Assembly: GCF_036007805.1 (NCBI RefSeq)
Contig: NZ_DASYOK010000058.1
Span: 1 to 62,001, forward strand
DNA from: Yoonia sp.
Lineage (GTDB): Bacteria; Pseudomonadota; Alphaproteobacteria; Rhodobacterales; Rhodobacteraceae
Direction: 5' to 3'
DNA: 62,001 bases
Below, one piece after another: positions 30,274 through 40,879 of this stretch. The number at the start of each line of letters is the position of its first letter. Position 1 is the stretch's first letter. Position numbers and translations under genes: made by a program. The notes beneath the pieces are model-generated. The model had not been told where the DNA came from. It ran no database searches and saw only the letters and a list, made by a program, of their open reading frames with translations.

Positions 30274-31998
30274 ATGACAGAAGCGATCGAAGGCTACCTT
30301 TTCTACGAAATTGCCGCCTTGCTTGTGCTGGCGGCAGGAGCGGGTTTTGTCGGGCTGATGCTCCGCCAACCGTTGATCGTCAGCTTTATTGCCGTGGGTA
30401 TTCTGGCTGGCCCATCCATGCTGGGCATTGCGCAATCGGACGCACAAATTGATCTGTTGGCTGAACTTGGCATCGCGCTCTTGCTGTTTCTGGTCGGGCT
30501 GAAACTGGACTTCAACCTTGTGCGCACATTAGGGCCTGTCGCCTTGGTCACCGGGCTTGGGCAGGTGCTCTTCACCACCGTTTTCGGCTTCTTGATTGGG
30601 CTTGGCCTAGGGCTGGATGCGCGCACAGCAATCTATGTCGCCATCGCTCTGACGTTTTCATCGACGATCATCATCGTCAAACTGTTGTCTGACAAGAGAG
30701 AGATTGACGCGCTGCACGGGCGGATCGCGCTTGGCTTCCTGATCGTGCAGGATGTGGTGGTGGTGATAGCGATGATCGCACTGTCGGCCATCGGTGTCGG
30801 CGGTGGCTCAGAGGGCGACGGGGCGTTGAGGGACGTCCTGCAGGTGCTGGGCTACGGGGTGGCGATGCTCGCTTTTGTTGTGGCCTTCATTCGTTACATC
30901 GCCAATCCACTGGTCGAGCGGCTATCGCGCGCGCCCGAACTTTTGGTGTCATTCGCGATCGGCTGGGCGGCGCTTTTGGCCGCTGTGGGCCACTATCTGG
31001 GGTTCGGCAAGGAACTGGGTGGGTTGCTGGCAGGCGTTTCTCTGGCATCTACCCCGTTTCGCGAAGCGATTGCCGCGCGTCTGGCGTCCTTGCGTGACTT
31101 CCTGTTGTTGTTCTTCTTCATAGCCCTGGGTGCGTCTCTTGATCTGTCCGTGCTGGGCGCAAGTGTCGGACCTGCAATCGTGCTGTCTCTCTTTGTTCTG
31201 ATCGGCAATCCTTTGATCGTGCTCGCGATCATGGGCGCGATGGGATATCGCAAGCGGACAGGTTTCCTCGCCGGCTTGACCGTTGCACAGATTAGCGAGT
31301 TTTCCCTGATTTTCATGGCGATGGGCGTGACGATCGGTCATGTGAATGAGCAAGCGCTTGGGCTTGTCACACTGGTCGGCCTCGTCACAATCGCCGCTTC
31401 AACATATATGATCACCTTTTCGCATCAGCTCTATGCCGTATTCGAGCCAGTGTTGGGCATTTTTGAACGTCGCAACACCGAGGCGGAGCCGGCGACCGAT
31501 GCACATGCCAAACAGCCGCATGATGTCATCTTGTTTGGTCTTGGCCGCTATGGGCTTGGCATTGCTGCAGCATTGCAAGAACGCGGTCTGCGCATTCTGG
31601 GCGTCGATTTCAGCCCCGAAGCAGTGCGTTACGCGCGTACGCAGGGGTATGACGTGATTTTCGGGGATGTCTCTGACCCCGAGTTTTTGGCCCATCTGCC
31701 ACTGCGACATGTGCGCTGGTTGGTGTTGGCTGTGCCCGAACATGATACAGGGCTGACACACGATGATCCGCGCAACGCGCTTCTATCGGCGGCGCGCGAC
31801 CTCGGCTTTGAAGGCAAGGTCGCAGTTGCCGCACATCATGACACTGCTGCAGCGGCGCTGACGGCTGCACAGGCTGACCTTGTGTTGATGCCGTACAGGG
31901 ATGCCGCTTTTGCGGCGGCACGGATGATAACGGAAGATACGCAACCCACGTATAGCATAGCCAACGATCCTGACGGGCAGAAAGAACTGCCAGTATGA
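30274..31998 (+). CDS. CPA2 cation:proton antiporter with TrkA-N domain (Kef-like)
   Basis: LTFSST, LIVQD, QISEFS and C-terminal FGLGRYG motifs. Confidence 0.92.
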   Translation: MTEAIEGYLFYEIAALLVLAAGAGFVGLMLRQPLIVSFIAVGILAGPSMLGIAQSDAQIDLLAELGIALLLFLVGLKLDFNLVRTLGPVALVTGLGQVLFTTVFGFLIGLGLGLDARTAIYVAIALTFSSTIIIVKLLSDKREIDALHGRIALGFLIVQDVVVVIAMIALSAIGVGGGSEGDGALRDVLQVLGYGVAMLAFVVAFIRYIANPLVERLSRAPELLVSFAIGWAALLAAVGHYLGFGKELGGLLAGVSLASTPFREAIAARLASLRDFLLLFFFIALGASLDLSVLGASVGPAIVLSLFVLIGNPLIVLAIMGAMGYRKRTGFLAGLTVAQISEFSLIFMAMGVTIGHVNEQALGLVTLVGLVTIAASTYMITFSHQLYAVFEPVLGIFERRNTEAEPATDAHAKQPHDVILFGLGRYGLGIAAALQERGLRILGVDFSPEAVRYARTQGYDVIFGDVSDPEFLAHLPLRHVRWLVLAVPEHDTGLTHDDPRNALLSAARDLGFEGKVAVAAHHDTAAAALTAAQADLVLMPYRDAAFAAARMITEDTQPTYSIANDPDGQKELPV

Positions 31999-32290
31999 CG
32001 AATGCCTTTGCCCCGCCCCGAAAAATCCTTGCGGTGATTGATGAGAGTGCTGCACAGACGGCGCTATTGATTGCCGCTTGTAAGGCGGCTGATACGGGGT
32101 ACACCTTAGACCGTCATTCATGACCAAAGCCGAGAAATTGCCGCGGATCTTGTCGTGATGGGAACGATCGCAAGACCGGGTTTGTGGGGTGTGTTCATTG
32201 GCAACACGGCCGAAAACATCATCAATACACTTGAATGTCCTGTCCTAGCGGTAAGCCGGATGGCTTTATCAGCCCGTTGGACACACGGTT
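31995..32290 (+). pseudogene. Universal stress protein (UspE-like) with central deletion
   Basis: N-terminus KILAVID joined to ADLVVMGT.AR.G..G.FIGNTAE.I...L.CPVLAV; frameshifted end PDGFISP. Confidence 0.8.
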
Positions 32291-32308
32291 TGCAAGGACG
32301 CCTAAATC

Positions 32309-33667
32309 CTAGAAACCGCCGAATGCCATGCCAAGCGCGATGATCAACGCACAGGCAAAACTCGGGACGACAACCGCGACAACGAAGATATCGCCGTAAG
32401 CCTGCCTATGCGTCATTCCACAAATACCAAGCAGGGTCACCACCGCACCATTGTGTGGCAGCGTATCCAGTCCACCTGTCGCAACAGCAATAACACGATG
32501 CAACAGCGCGGGATCTACCCCCTGCAGCGCCGCCTGCCCCAACATTGACGGCCCCAGCACATCGAGCGCGATCGACATACCGCCCGACGCAGATCCCGTT
32601 ATCCCGGCGAGTGCCGCCGAGGACAGGGCCGCCGAGATCAAGACATTATCGCCCGCCAGCCCATCGAGGTTCTGCCGAACGATGTCAAACCCCGGCAAGG
32701 CGGCGATGACAGCACCGAACCCCACAAGGCTAGCTGTGTTGAACAATGGGAGCAGCGCAGATTCAGCACCCGCATTCAAGGTCTGCACCAGTTTCGGCGG
32801 ACGGCTGAGGATAAGGGCCAATACCAACGCGACAGTAAGCGCTGTGATCACCGACCAAAGCCCCCGCACCTTGGATAAATCTGTTGCCCCAAAAGCTGGA
32901 TCAGCCAGATATCCTGTGTCCAGCGACGGTAGAATAACGCTGCCCATGACCAGCGTGACGACACCCACTGACAGAATCGGTGCGACCGCTCTCCAAAGAG
33001 GCATTGATCCAGCAGATATGGACGTATCAAGCACCCCTGCAACCCCTTCAGTTGCCAGTTTGTGCACCCTCCATTTTAGCCAGGCCAGCCCCAAGACCAG
33101 CATGACCAGACTGGCGATCAGCCCCAATACCGGCGCTGCAAAGGCTGTCGTGCCAAACGTCGCCATGGGGATTGCGTTCTGGATTGACGGAGTGCCGGGC
33201 AATGCCGTCATGGTGAATGTGAATGCCCCCAAGGCGATCGTGGCCGGGATCAAGCGCAGTGACAGACCGGACTGCACGAAAAGGGCGCGCGCGAGCGGCC
33301 AGGCCACAAAGGCCACAACAAACAACGACACACCGCCATAAGTGAGCAAGGCGCAGGCCAAAACAACTGCCAGCACCGCATTTTGTGGCCCAAGAACCGA
33401 ACCGATGGCACTGGCCAAACGCGCTGCAGCACCCGATGTCTCCATGACCTTCCCAAAGAGCGCGCCCAACAGAAATAGCGGAAAGAAGGCAACGACAAAG
33501 CCGCCCGCTGCCTGCATGAAAACTTGCGTGTATCCCGCGAGCACCGGTTGGCCTGATGCAAGTGCAGCCAACATTGCAAGCACCGGCGCAAGCACGAGGA
33601 CGGACATGCCACGCCATGCGCCCACAATCAGCATAGCCAGCGCCAAAAGAATTAGAATGACACTCAT
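32309..33667 (-). CDS. GntP-family permease
   Basis: LTYGGVSLFVV, PGTPSIQN, GSASGG and LPHNGAV motifs. Confidence 0.9.
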   Translation of the reverse strand: MSVILILLALAMLIVGAWRGMSVLVLAPVLAMLAALASGQPVLAGYTQVFMQAAGGFVVAFFPLFLLGALFGKVMETSGAAARLASAIGSVLGPQNAVLAVVLACALLTYGGVSLFVVAFVAWPLARALFVQSGLSLRLIPATIALGAFTFTMTALPGTPSIQNAIPMATFGTTAFAAPVLGLIASLVMLVLGLAWLKWRVHKLATEGVAGVLDTSISAGSMPLWRAVAPILSVGVVTLVMGSVILPSLDTGYLADPAFGATDLSKVRGLWSVITALTVALVLALILSRPPKLVQTLNAGAESALLPLFNTASLVGFGAVIAALPGFDIVRQNLDGLAGDNVLISAALSSAALAGITGSASGGMSIALDVLGPSMLGQAALQGVDPALLHRVIAVATGGLDTLPHNGAVVTLLGICGMTHRQAYGDIFVVAVVVPSFACALIIALGMAFGGF

Positions 33668-33750
33668 GCGACAGCCCTTTCTGCAGTGCAGCATAGCCAA
33701 AGAAATGGCGGTCGTGAAGACATGGAAAGTCCTGTGGCGCGTTCTGTTTT

Positions 33751-33905
33751 ATGAAGGCTTGGCCCTCAAATCAGATATTTCCCCAAAGACACAATCGCCG
33801 TGCTGTCCAACTGCTGCTCGGTCACACGATAGTCGATCACAGTTTTCGCTCTATGCGCGTTGGGCTTGAAGTTGCGCCGGGCATCGCCGAACGTATCCAC
33901 ATGTG
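33751..33905 (+). pseudogene. Tyrosine recombinase C-terminal remnant
   Basis: N.RAVQLLLGHT box II followed by a degenerate tail; catalytic Tyr lost. Confidence 0.7.
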
Positions 33906-34046
33906 GACCGAGCTGTCGGCCGGCACTTGCCGTTCGCCAAACAAGAACAGACCTAGGTGCGCTCTCCAATGGATGGCGGCTAAACGATCTTGCTCCCTCC
34001 GTCGATGTATTTCAGGTGAAGCCTTCTGCCTGTACGTGACCAGAGG

Positions 34047-36755
34047 TCATGCAGAAATGCGAAGGCGCAACTGTTTTTCCATCTCAACAATCGCAAAGAA
34101 CGCGGCGCCAACGCCGATCAGGACCATACCATCAGCGAACGAGACGGCCCGCGTGTCGAACAGGTTTTGCATGAAAGGGGCGAAGGTGAAAAGCAATTGT
34201 CCAACGACGACGATCATAAGGCAGATCCAAACCGCCCGTGTGCCGCGCACCGCCTCCCAGGTTAGCGACGTCGTGTGGATGTTCCTGATATAGAAAAGAT
34301 GGAAGATCTCAAGAATGATCAGCATATTCACGGTAAGCGTGCGCGCGAGTTCAATGCTGTAGCCGCGCTCCATTGCGTAGTTGAAAATCCCGTAAATTGC
34401 CGCGAGGAACAGAAGAGTGACAAAGACGATATGCCAGATCAGAACACGATCCAGTATCGGCGCATCGACGGGAAGTGGAGGCTTGCGCATGATTGCTTCT
34501 TCCGACCGTTCAAACGCAAGCGCCACGCCAAGCGACCCTGCGGTAATAAGATTGACCCAGAGGATATGCAGCGGAGTCAAGGGGATAACCAAACCCAGAA
34601 CCAATGCAAGCATGATAATACCGGCTTCGCCTGCGTTGGTTGGCAGGGTCCAACTGATCACCTTGCGAATATTGTCGTAGACTGTACGCCCCTCGCGAAC
34701 GGCTGCCGCGATCGAGACGAAATTGTCATCTGTCAAGACCAGATCGGCCACCTCCTTGGCCGCGTCCGAGCCGGTGATACCCATGGCAACCCCGGCATCG
34801 GCGCGCTTGAGCGCCGGTGTGTCGTTGACCCCGTCGCCGGTCATTGCAACGATATGGCCGCGCGCCTGCAACGCCGTGACAAGACGCAGCTTGTGTTCCG
34901 GCGTCGTGCGGGCAAACACGTTGGTACTTTCGACTTCCTGCATCAGCATCGCGTCGTCCATGTCGTCGATGTCCCGCCCCGTCAGCACGCAGTCCGGGTT
35001 GGCCAATCCGATCTCAGCGGCAATTGCCCCGGCAGTCGCGGCATGATCGCCCGTGATCATCTTGACGGCAATTCCAGCGCCTTGGCAGTCGGCCACTGCG
35101 GCGATGGCCTCAGCGCGCGGCGGGTCGATCAGTCCGACCAGCCCCAACAGGACCAGCCCCTCGGTGAGGTCCGCATGCTCCAGACGCGCAGACGCCTTCG
35201 GAACGGACTTCGTCGCAAGTGCGATCACCCGCTGGCCAAGTGCGGCGATGCGCACCGTCTCGGCCTCCCAATAGGCCCGGTCCAGCGGTATCTCGCCGGT
35301 ATCCTCCGCCTGGTTGATGCACAAATCCAACAGCGCTTCCGGCGCGCCTTTGACGTGGATCCAAGCATAGTCCGCACTTCGGTCCAAGGTCGCTTGCGTC
35401 GCCATGTAGCGGTGGGCCGCATCGAATGGCAGCACTGCGTCTCGTGTCCATTCGGCGCGCAGGATGTCATGAGGTGTCCCTGACTTGTCAGCGAGCACCA
35501 GCAGCGCCGCCTCCATCGGATCGCCACTGGCTATTGGAACGCCTTCCGGTCCATCGGCAAGCGCGGCATCGTTACAGAGTGCCGCCGTCGTGACCAACGG
35601 GTGCAACGCTTTGATGTTCCCTTCATCTTCGGCCAAGATCCGGCCGTTGGGCAAGTACCCCTCTCCCTCAACCAAGAAGCGCCGACCATTGGCAGAAATC
35701 GACGCCACCATCATTTCGTTCCGGGTCAGAGTACCGGTCTTGTCGGTACAGATGACGGTCAGCGCGCCCAGTGTCTCAATGGCTGGTAAACGGCGCACGA
35801 TCGCGTGGCGCGCCGACATCTTGCGCACACCAATTGCCAAGGTGATCGTCAGGACTGCCGGTAACCCTTCCGGGATCGCGGCCACTGACAGACTGACAAC
35901 GATCATGAAAAGCGTCTCGAACGGCATGTTCTGTACAAAAAAGCCGTAGATTAACAAGAGTGCCGCGCCGCTCAGAATAAGCGCAGTGATCCAACGGGCA
36001 AATGCGTCCATCTTCTTCAAAAGTGGAGTGGTCAGTTCTTCGACGCCAGCGAGAAGATCACTGATCCGACCAATTTCGGCTTGGGGTCCCGTCGCGGTGA
36101 CAACAGCGCGCCCTTGCCCCGAGACAACCAATGTCCCGCTGTAGATCATTGACGCCCTGTCGCCGAGGTCGGCATCAAGGGCAACCGGCGCGACCGACTT
36201 CTCGACTGGCACGGACTCGCCCGAAAGAATCGCTTCTTGCACCTTCAACACGGCCGCTTCGATCAGACGGGCATCCGCCGGAACCCTATCGCCAGCTTCG
36301 AGCAAGATGATATCACCCGGAACGAGATCCGCGGCATTGACCTTGCAGCGGCGATTGTCGCGCAGAACCGAGGCCATCGGTGCCAGCATACGGTGAAGCG
36401 CCGCGATCGCCGCTTCAGCGCGACCCTCTTGGACGAAGCCAATTCCTGCATTCACGAGGACAACCGCAAGGATGACGAGCGTATCCTTGGTATACCCCAA
36501 AACACCGGTGATCACGGCGGCGGCGATGAGGACATAAATTAACAGGTTATGGAACTGGGCGAGAAACCGCTTTAGTGGCCCCGACTGCCGCTCACTTGGC
36601 AGTTCATTGTGGCCATAGCGCGCTATGCGCGCCTTGGCTTCGGTGTCAGTGAGCCCCCCCGCCTGTGCATCCACCCCTTCCATTACATCCGCAACTGCCT
36701 TGGCATGCCAGCCATTGTCTACAGCGGTCATGCTTGCGGGTCTGATAGATACCAT
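34047..36755 (-). CDS. P2A-type cation (Ca2+-like) transporting ATPase
   Basis: G.NEL, PEGLP, DKTGTLT, KGAPE, DPPR, MITGD and TGDGVND motifs; GGAG RBS before ATG 36755. Confidence 0.93.
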   Translation of the reverse strand: MVSIRPASMTAVDNGWHAKAVADVMEGVDAQAGGLTDTEAKARIARYGHNELPSERQSGPLKRFLAQFHNLLIYVLIAAAVITGVLGYTKDTLVILAVVLVNAGIGFVQEGRAEAAIAALHRMLAPMASVLRDNRRCKVNAADLVPGDIILLEAGDRVPADARLIEAAVLKVQEAILSGESVPVEKSVAPVALDADLGDRASMIYSGTLVVSGQGRAVVTATGPQAEIGRISDLLAGVEELTTPLLKKMDAFARWITALILSGAALLLIYGFFVQNMPFETLFMIVVSLSVAAIPEGLPAVLTITLAIGVRKMSARHAIVRRLPAIETLGALTVICTDKTGTLTRNEMMVASISANGRRFLVEGEGYLPNGRILAEDEGNIKALHPLVTTAALCNDAALADGPEGVPIASGDPMEAALLVLADKSGTPHDILRAEWTRDAVLPFDAAHRYMATQATLDRSADYAWIHVKGAPEALLDLCINQAEDTGEIPLDRAYWEAETVRIAALGQRVIALATKSVPKASARLEHADLTEGLVLLGLVGLIDPPRAEAIAAVADCQGAGIAVKMITGDHAATAGAIAAEIGLANPDCVLTGRDIDDMDDAMLMQEVESTNVFARTTPEHKLRLVTALQARGHIVAMTGDGVNDTPALKRADAGVAMGITGSDAAKEVADLVLTDDNFVSIAAAVREGRTVYDNIRKVISWTLPTNAGEAGIIMLALVLGLVIPLTPLHILWVNLITAGSLGVALAFERSEEAIMRKPPLPVDAPILDRVLIWHIVFVTLLFLAAIYGIFNYAMERGYSIELARTLTVNMLIILEIFHLFYIRNIHTTSLTWEAVRGTRAVWICLMIVVVGQLLFTFAPFMQNLFDTRAVSFADGMVLIGVGAAFFAIVEMEKQLRLRISA

Positions 36756-36803
36756 CGGTTGCTCCTTTGGTTGCCAAACTATCCACACACAACGCATTGT
36801 TTG

Positions 36804-36817
36804 TTGATTTAGCGCAA
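36804..36817. promoter_or_regulatory. FNR/FnrL-type box TTGAT-TTAG-CGCAA upstream of the P2 ATPase
   Basis: One perfect half-site, about 50 nt upstream of the start. Confidence 0.5.
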
Positions 36818-37191
36818 AATGAATCGAAGTGACGCAAGCTGTTTGCGGGTTCAAAACAATTGTCGCGTTCCAACACAGCTATAGAACCCAAGCCACCCCA
36901 GGGTCAGGACCCTCACGCTTGCTCGGACTGCGCGTTTTTTCTTGGCAGTCGTTCGCACTGCATCCCTTGCCGCCACACGATGCGCACCCCAATTGACTGC
37001 CCCGATTTTCAGGGGTGCTGCGGGGTAATGAAGCCATGGCAAGTTTTTGGAGATGAGAAATTCGGCTTGTTAAGGAAGGCTCCGCTAAGCTGGCGAAATA
37101 TGTGATACAGACCGATCAGCGGGACTTTTGTTCTGACGATCCGAGCGTTCCGACTCCGGTTCCGAACAGATGCTGATCCAGGGCCCGGAAC

Positions 37192-37854
37192 CTAGGTGCG
37201 TGGCAATATGGTCGTGCTGCGCAAGATATTGATCGCACATTGCGTGCCGTCAATGAGTGGGACAGGACAACTGGCTCCAATCTTCGCCGCAAGGCCCGCT
37301 AATGGCCCACCACCCATGACGATGCTGGTGGCCCCGCGCTGCTGCATTTCTATGCATAGTTGGCTTAGTTCCAGCGCGTGACGGCTTTGCACTGTCCCGG
37401 GATCGCCAAAACAATCTGTCGCAAGCGCTTCAACGCCAATCAGCTGGCCCCCGACACCTGCCTCTTTCGCTTTGTCCGTCAACCCCGGGACAAGGCTTCG
37501 GCCAAAAGTCACGATACCGAATGGCCCTCCGAGTGCGCCAACGATTGCAAAGGCGGCCGTGGCGATCCCGATGACGGGAATATCCGGCCGCAGAGCGCGT
37601 ACCCCCTCCGCACCAGTGTTCCCGAACGATGCCAGAACAATCCCGTCACAGGGGGCATCATAGGCTTTGACAGTCTCGACTACAGCGCGGCTGGCCAGTT
37701 CGGCGTCCTGCGGCGTGACAATCAGTTCAGGGCCGAATGACGGGCAAACCGTCGTGAAATGGTCGCCCGGTCGGGTTGCGTAATTTGCGGCTTCTCTGAT
37801 CCGGTCGGTCACGCCTTTGGACGTGTTTGGATTGACAATAAGCAAGCGCATCAC
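37192..37854 (-). CDS. Asp/Glu/hydantoin racemase family protein
   Basis: IVNPNT, PVIGI and PLIDG motifs; overlaps dctM. Confidence 0.85.
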   Translation of the reverse strand: MMRLLIVNPNTSKGVTDRIREAANYATRPGDHFTTVCPSFGPELIVTPQDAELASRAVVETVKAYDAPCDGIVLASFGNTGAEGVRALRPDIPVIGIATAAFAIVGALGGPFGIVTFGRSLVPGLTDKAKEAGVGGQLIGVEALATDCFGDPGTVQSRHALELSQLCIEMQQRGATSIVMGGGPLAGLAAKIGASCPVPLIDGTQCAINILRSTTILPRT

Positions 37855-39137
37855 AGGATAACCGATGGCAGCCAGAGAGAGAGTGCTGGAAACACGTTGA
37901 CCAGCAGCAAGGCGATCAGCATGGCCCCGATGAACATCAGCATCGACGGAATGATCTTGGCGATCGAAATCTTGGCGATGGCACAGGTGATCAAGACAAC
38001 CGAAGCAACAGGCGGGGTCTGCTGCCCGATGCCAAGGTTGATCGTCAGGATCAAACCGAAATGCACGCGGTCAATGCCGAGTTGATCTGCGAGTGGCAGG
38101 AAAATGGGCACCAACATCAAGATCGCAGGTGTGCCGTGAATAATTGTGCCCGCCAACAGAAAGAAGATGTTGATGACAAGCAGAACAACCCAATAGTTGT
38201 CGGAAAGGCCAAGGATGGCCTCTGCGATGTCCTGCGGAATACGCTGGTTGGTCAGATACCAGCCCAAGAGCGTGGAGGTCGCGACGATAAACATCAGCAT
38301 CGCGGAGCGTTTGCCGGCAATGCGCAGCGTATCGACCACAGTGCCCATGCGCACCGTCCGGTAAACACCCATCGCCAGAACGATCGACCAGAAGGCAGCA
38401 ATGGCACCGGCTTCTGTCGCTGTGAAAACACCGCCAAGGATACCAGCCAGCACAAGTATTGGCAGGGTCAGCGGAAGGGCGGCATCCTTACCTGTTTCAA
38501 GCACGCGCGCGAAAGAAAACGCACCTTCGGTCGGGTAACCGCGTTTTACGGAAATTGCGTAGGCCGTGCCCATCAAGAGCGCGCAGACCAGAAGGCCGGG
38601 TACAATACCTGCGGCAAACAGTTCGGCAATCGACGCATTGGCAACATAGGCATAGAGGATCAGGTTCAGGCTGGGTGGCACGATGATCGCCATCGTGGCC
38701 GAAGTCGATGTGACAGCTGCCGCAAATGCGACCGGGTAACCGCGCTTTTTCATCTGCGGGATCATGACTGATCCGATCGCGGCCGCGTCCGATGTCGCGG
38801 TGCCCGAAATCTCGGAAAAGAACAGCGATGTCAGAATGTTCACATGCGCCAGACCACCCCGGATATGCCCGACGAGCGACGAGGCAAAGGCGATCAGTTT
38901 TTCCGCGATCTTGCCTTGGTTCATGATCTCGCCTGCGATCATGAACAAAAGAGCGGCCACAAGCAGATAGTTGTTCGCACCGCCAAAGGGGATCAGGCCG
39001 ATGATCTGCGGCATCACTGCGGGATCAAGGATGATCATTGTTGCAGCCGTGACACCCAATACAAAGGCGATCGGCAGGCCCGCTATCAGCAGCGTGACAA
39101 GCAGAATGAGGATCATCCATCCGGGATCAAGGAACAT
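37851..39137 (-). CDS. dctM: TRAP transporter large permease
   Basis: ISGTATSDAAA, IVPPS, GVFTATEA and TPPV motifs. Confidence 0.95.
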   Translation of the reverse strand: MFLDPGWMILILLVTLLIAGLPIAFVLGVTAATMIILDPAVMPQIIGLIPFGGANNYLLVAALLFMIAGEIMNQGKIAEKLIAFASSLVGHIRGGLAHVNILTSLFFSEISGTATSDAAAIGSVMIPQMKKRGYPVAFAAAVTSTSATMAIIVPPSLNLILYAYVANASIAELFAAGIVPGLLVCALLMGTAYAISVKRGYPTEGAFSFARVLETGKDAALPLTLPILVLAGILGGVFTATEAGAIAAFWSIVLAMGVYRTVRMGTVVDTLRIAGKRSAMLMFIVATSTLLGWYLTNQRIPQDIAEAILGLSDNYWVVLLVINIFFLLAGTIIHGTPAILMLVPIFLPLADQLGIDRVHFGLILTINLGIGQQTPPVASVVLITCAIAKISIAKIIPSMLMFIGAMLIALLLVNVFPALSLWLPSVIL

Positions 39138-39658
39138 CAGGCGTCACTTTCAGGCAAAAGGTCCAAAGGATCGATACGGCCAGACACAATGCCGACAAGC
39201 CTTACCGCACAAAACAGCGCAATCAGTGCGCCACCAAAGGGCATTGCCCCACGGAAAAGGGCCATGGGAGCGTCAATAGAAATCAAGGAGCGCGCGCCAA
39301 AGCTGGCTGCGGCAATCCCGCCATACCAGGCCAAAAGCAGCCCGAAGAACCCCATCAGGATCAGGTTCAAAGCGGTGACGACGCGCATCATCTTTGGTGG
39401 CATGACACGCAAGACCGCATCAAACCCCAAATGTTCATTGGTCCGCGTCAGGTAAGCCGCGCCAATGAATGTCAGCATTGCCAGGAGATGGGCTGGCAAT
39501 TCCTCACCCCAAGACACGCTGTCGTTCAGAACGAACCGGGCGAAGACCGCCCAGTTCAATAAAAGGAGCAGCAGACCCGCAAGACCGATAACAACCACAT
39601 CCAGCACGGCGCCCAGCCAGCGGTCCAATTGTGAGAATAAGGCGTCAAAACGGTCCAT
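39137..39658 (-). CDS. dctQ: TRAP transporter small permease
   Basis: VFARFV, W.EE and HLGFD motifs; 4 TM helices. Confidence 0.92.
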   Translation of the reverse strand: MDRFDALFSQLDRWLGAVLDVVVIGLAGLLLLLLNWAVFARFVLNDSVSWGEELPAHLLAMLTFIGAAYLTRTNEHLGFDAVLRVMPPKMMRVVTALNLILMGFFGLLLAWYGGIAAASFGARSLISIDAPMALFRGAMPFGGALIALFCAVRLVGIVSGRIDPLDLLPESDA

Positions 39659-39678
39659 GCGCGCTCTCCCGACCCTGT

Positions 39679-40659
39679 TTACTCGATGCCGAGTGCAGTT
39701 TTGGTTGCGGCAATCATATCCGCACCGATGACGTCAACGAAGGTTGGACTGTCATAGAGAGGTAGCGCAGCACTTTGGAACGCGGCAAAGTCAATTTCGT
39801 TGATCGCGATCCGGTCGGAGAGGGCCGCAATAGTCTCAGCATCGGTCGTCTCGCCCCATGCAAAAGACCAAGGAGCCACCTCTTGAGCCACAGAAATCAC
39901 TGTGGCGCGCAGATCGTCGTCCAGAGAAGCGAGGAAGGGTTCGCCGATCATCAGGAACGTAGGCAGATAGACGTGGTTTGAGAGCGACATATAGTCCTGC
40001 ACTTCAAAAAGCTTGGCCGTATCGACAACGTTTGCGGGGTTTTCCTGCCCGTCGATCGTGCCCTGATCCAGAGCGGAATAGACCTCTCCAAATGACAGTG
40101 GTGTCGCGTTGGCACCCAATGTATTGAACATCTCGACACGCTGGCGGTTGGTAGGCGTGCGGATTTTGAGGCCGGCAAGATCCTCAGGCGTTACGATCGG
40201 GCGCACATCGTTCGTGATCTGGCGAAAGCCGTTGTCCCACATCGCGGCCAATACCATACCGGTGCCATTGAACCCGTCAGCCAGCATTTCACCCGCAGGG
40301 CTGTCGATGAAGGTTTGCACCGCTGCGCGGTCCTCGAACAGATAGGGCAGATCGAAAATGGACGTGCGCGTGTTGATTTGCGCAACGGCAGAAGCCGACA
40401 AAGAGGCCTGATGCGTGCCAAAGCCAAGCCCTTGAAGAACGTCTTCCTCTTTGCCCAATGTGTTGGACATAAAAATCTGGACGTCAATTTCGCCAGGTGC
40501 GGCGGCCTCAAGCCGCTGCTCGTATTCCAGCAGGAAGACATGCGCGAAAGAGCCTTCGGGCAATGATGAGTTGATCTGCATAACAGCTTCTGCGCTGGCA
40601 GCGGCAGGGAAAAACGCGGCGCTTGCCACGGCGATTATTTGGGTACGTGAGAAAGTCAT
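39679..40659 (-). CDS. dctP: TRAP substrate-binding protein
   Basis: Signal peptide; NGFRQ, GLKIR and DGQEN motifs. Confidence 0.95.
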   Translation of the reverse strand: MTFSRTQIIAVASAAFFPAAASAEAVMQINSSLPEGSFAHVFLLEYEQRLEAAAPGEIDVQIFMSNTLGKEEDVLQGLGFGTHQASLSASAVAQINTRTSIFDLPYLFEDRAAVQTFIDSPAGEMLADGFNGTGMVLAAMWDNGFRQITNDVRPIVTPEDLAGLKIRTPTNRQRVEMFNTLGANATPLSFGEVYSALDQGTIDGQENPANVVDTAKLFEVQDYMSLSNHVYLPTFLMIGEPFLASLDDDLRATVISVAQEVAPWSFAWGETTDAETIAALSDRIAINEIDFAAFQSAALPLYDSPTFVDVIGADMIAATKTALGIE

Positions 40660-40879
40660 GCTTTTTCCTTTGTGACGGGTTGGGATCGAAGAGAATCGGG
40701 AATTGCGTCTGGAAAAATATTTTCTTTATAAATCTGATGTGAAAACAATTTTTCTAATACTTGGATTGAGTTTTTATGCGCTGCCTCATTTTTCGGCAGC
40801 AATATCGTTATTTTATTTGGAAATAGTCAGAATCTGCACAGCAGGCGCTGCAACACCGCAGCCTTTTCAGCGATGTGCC

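Noticed and set aside
36851-37190. Short ORFs between the P2 ATPase and the racemase
   Set aside because: No RBS or motif support; probably degraded intergenic DNA
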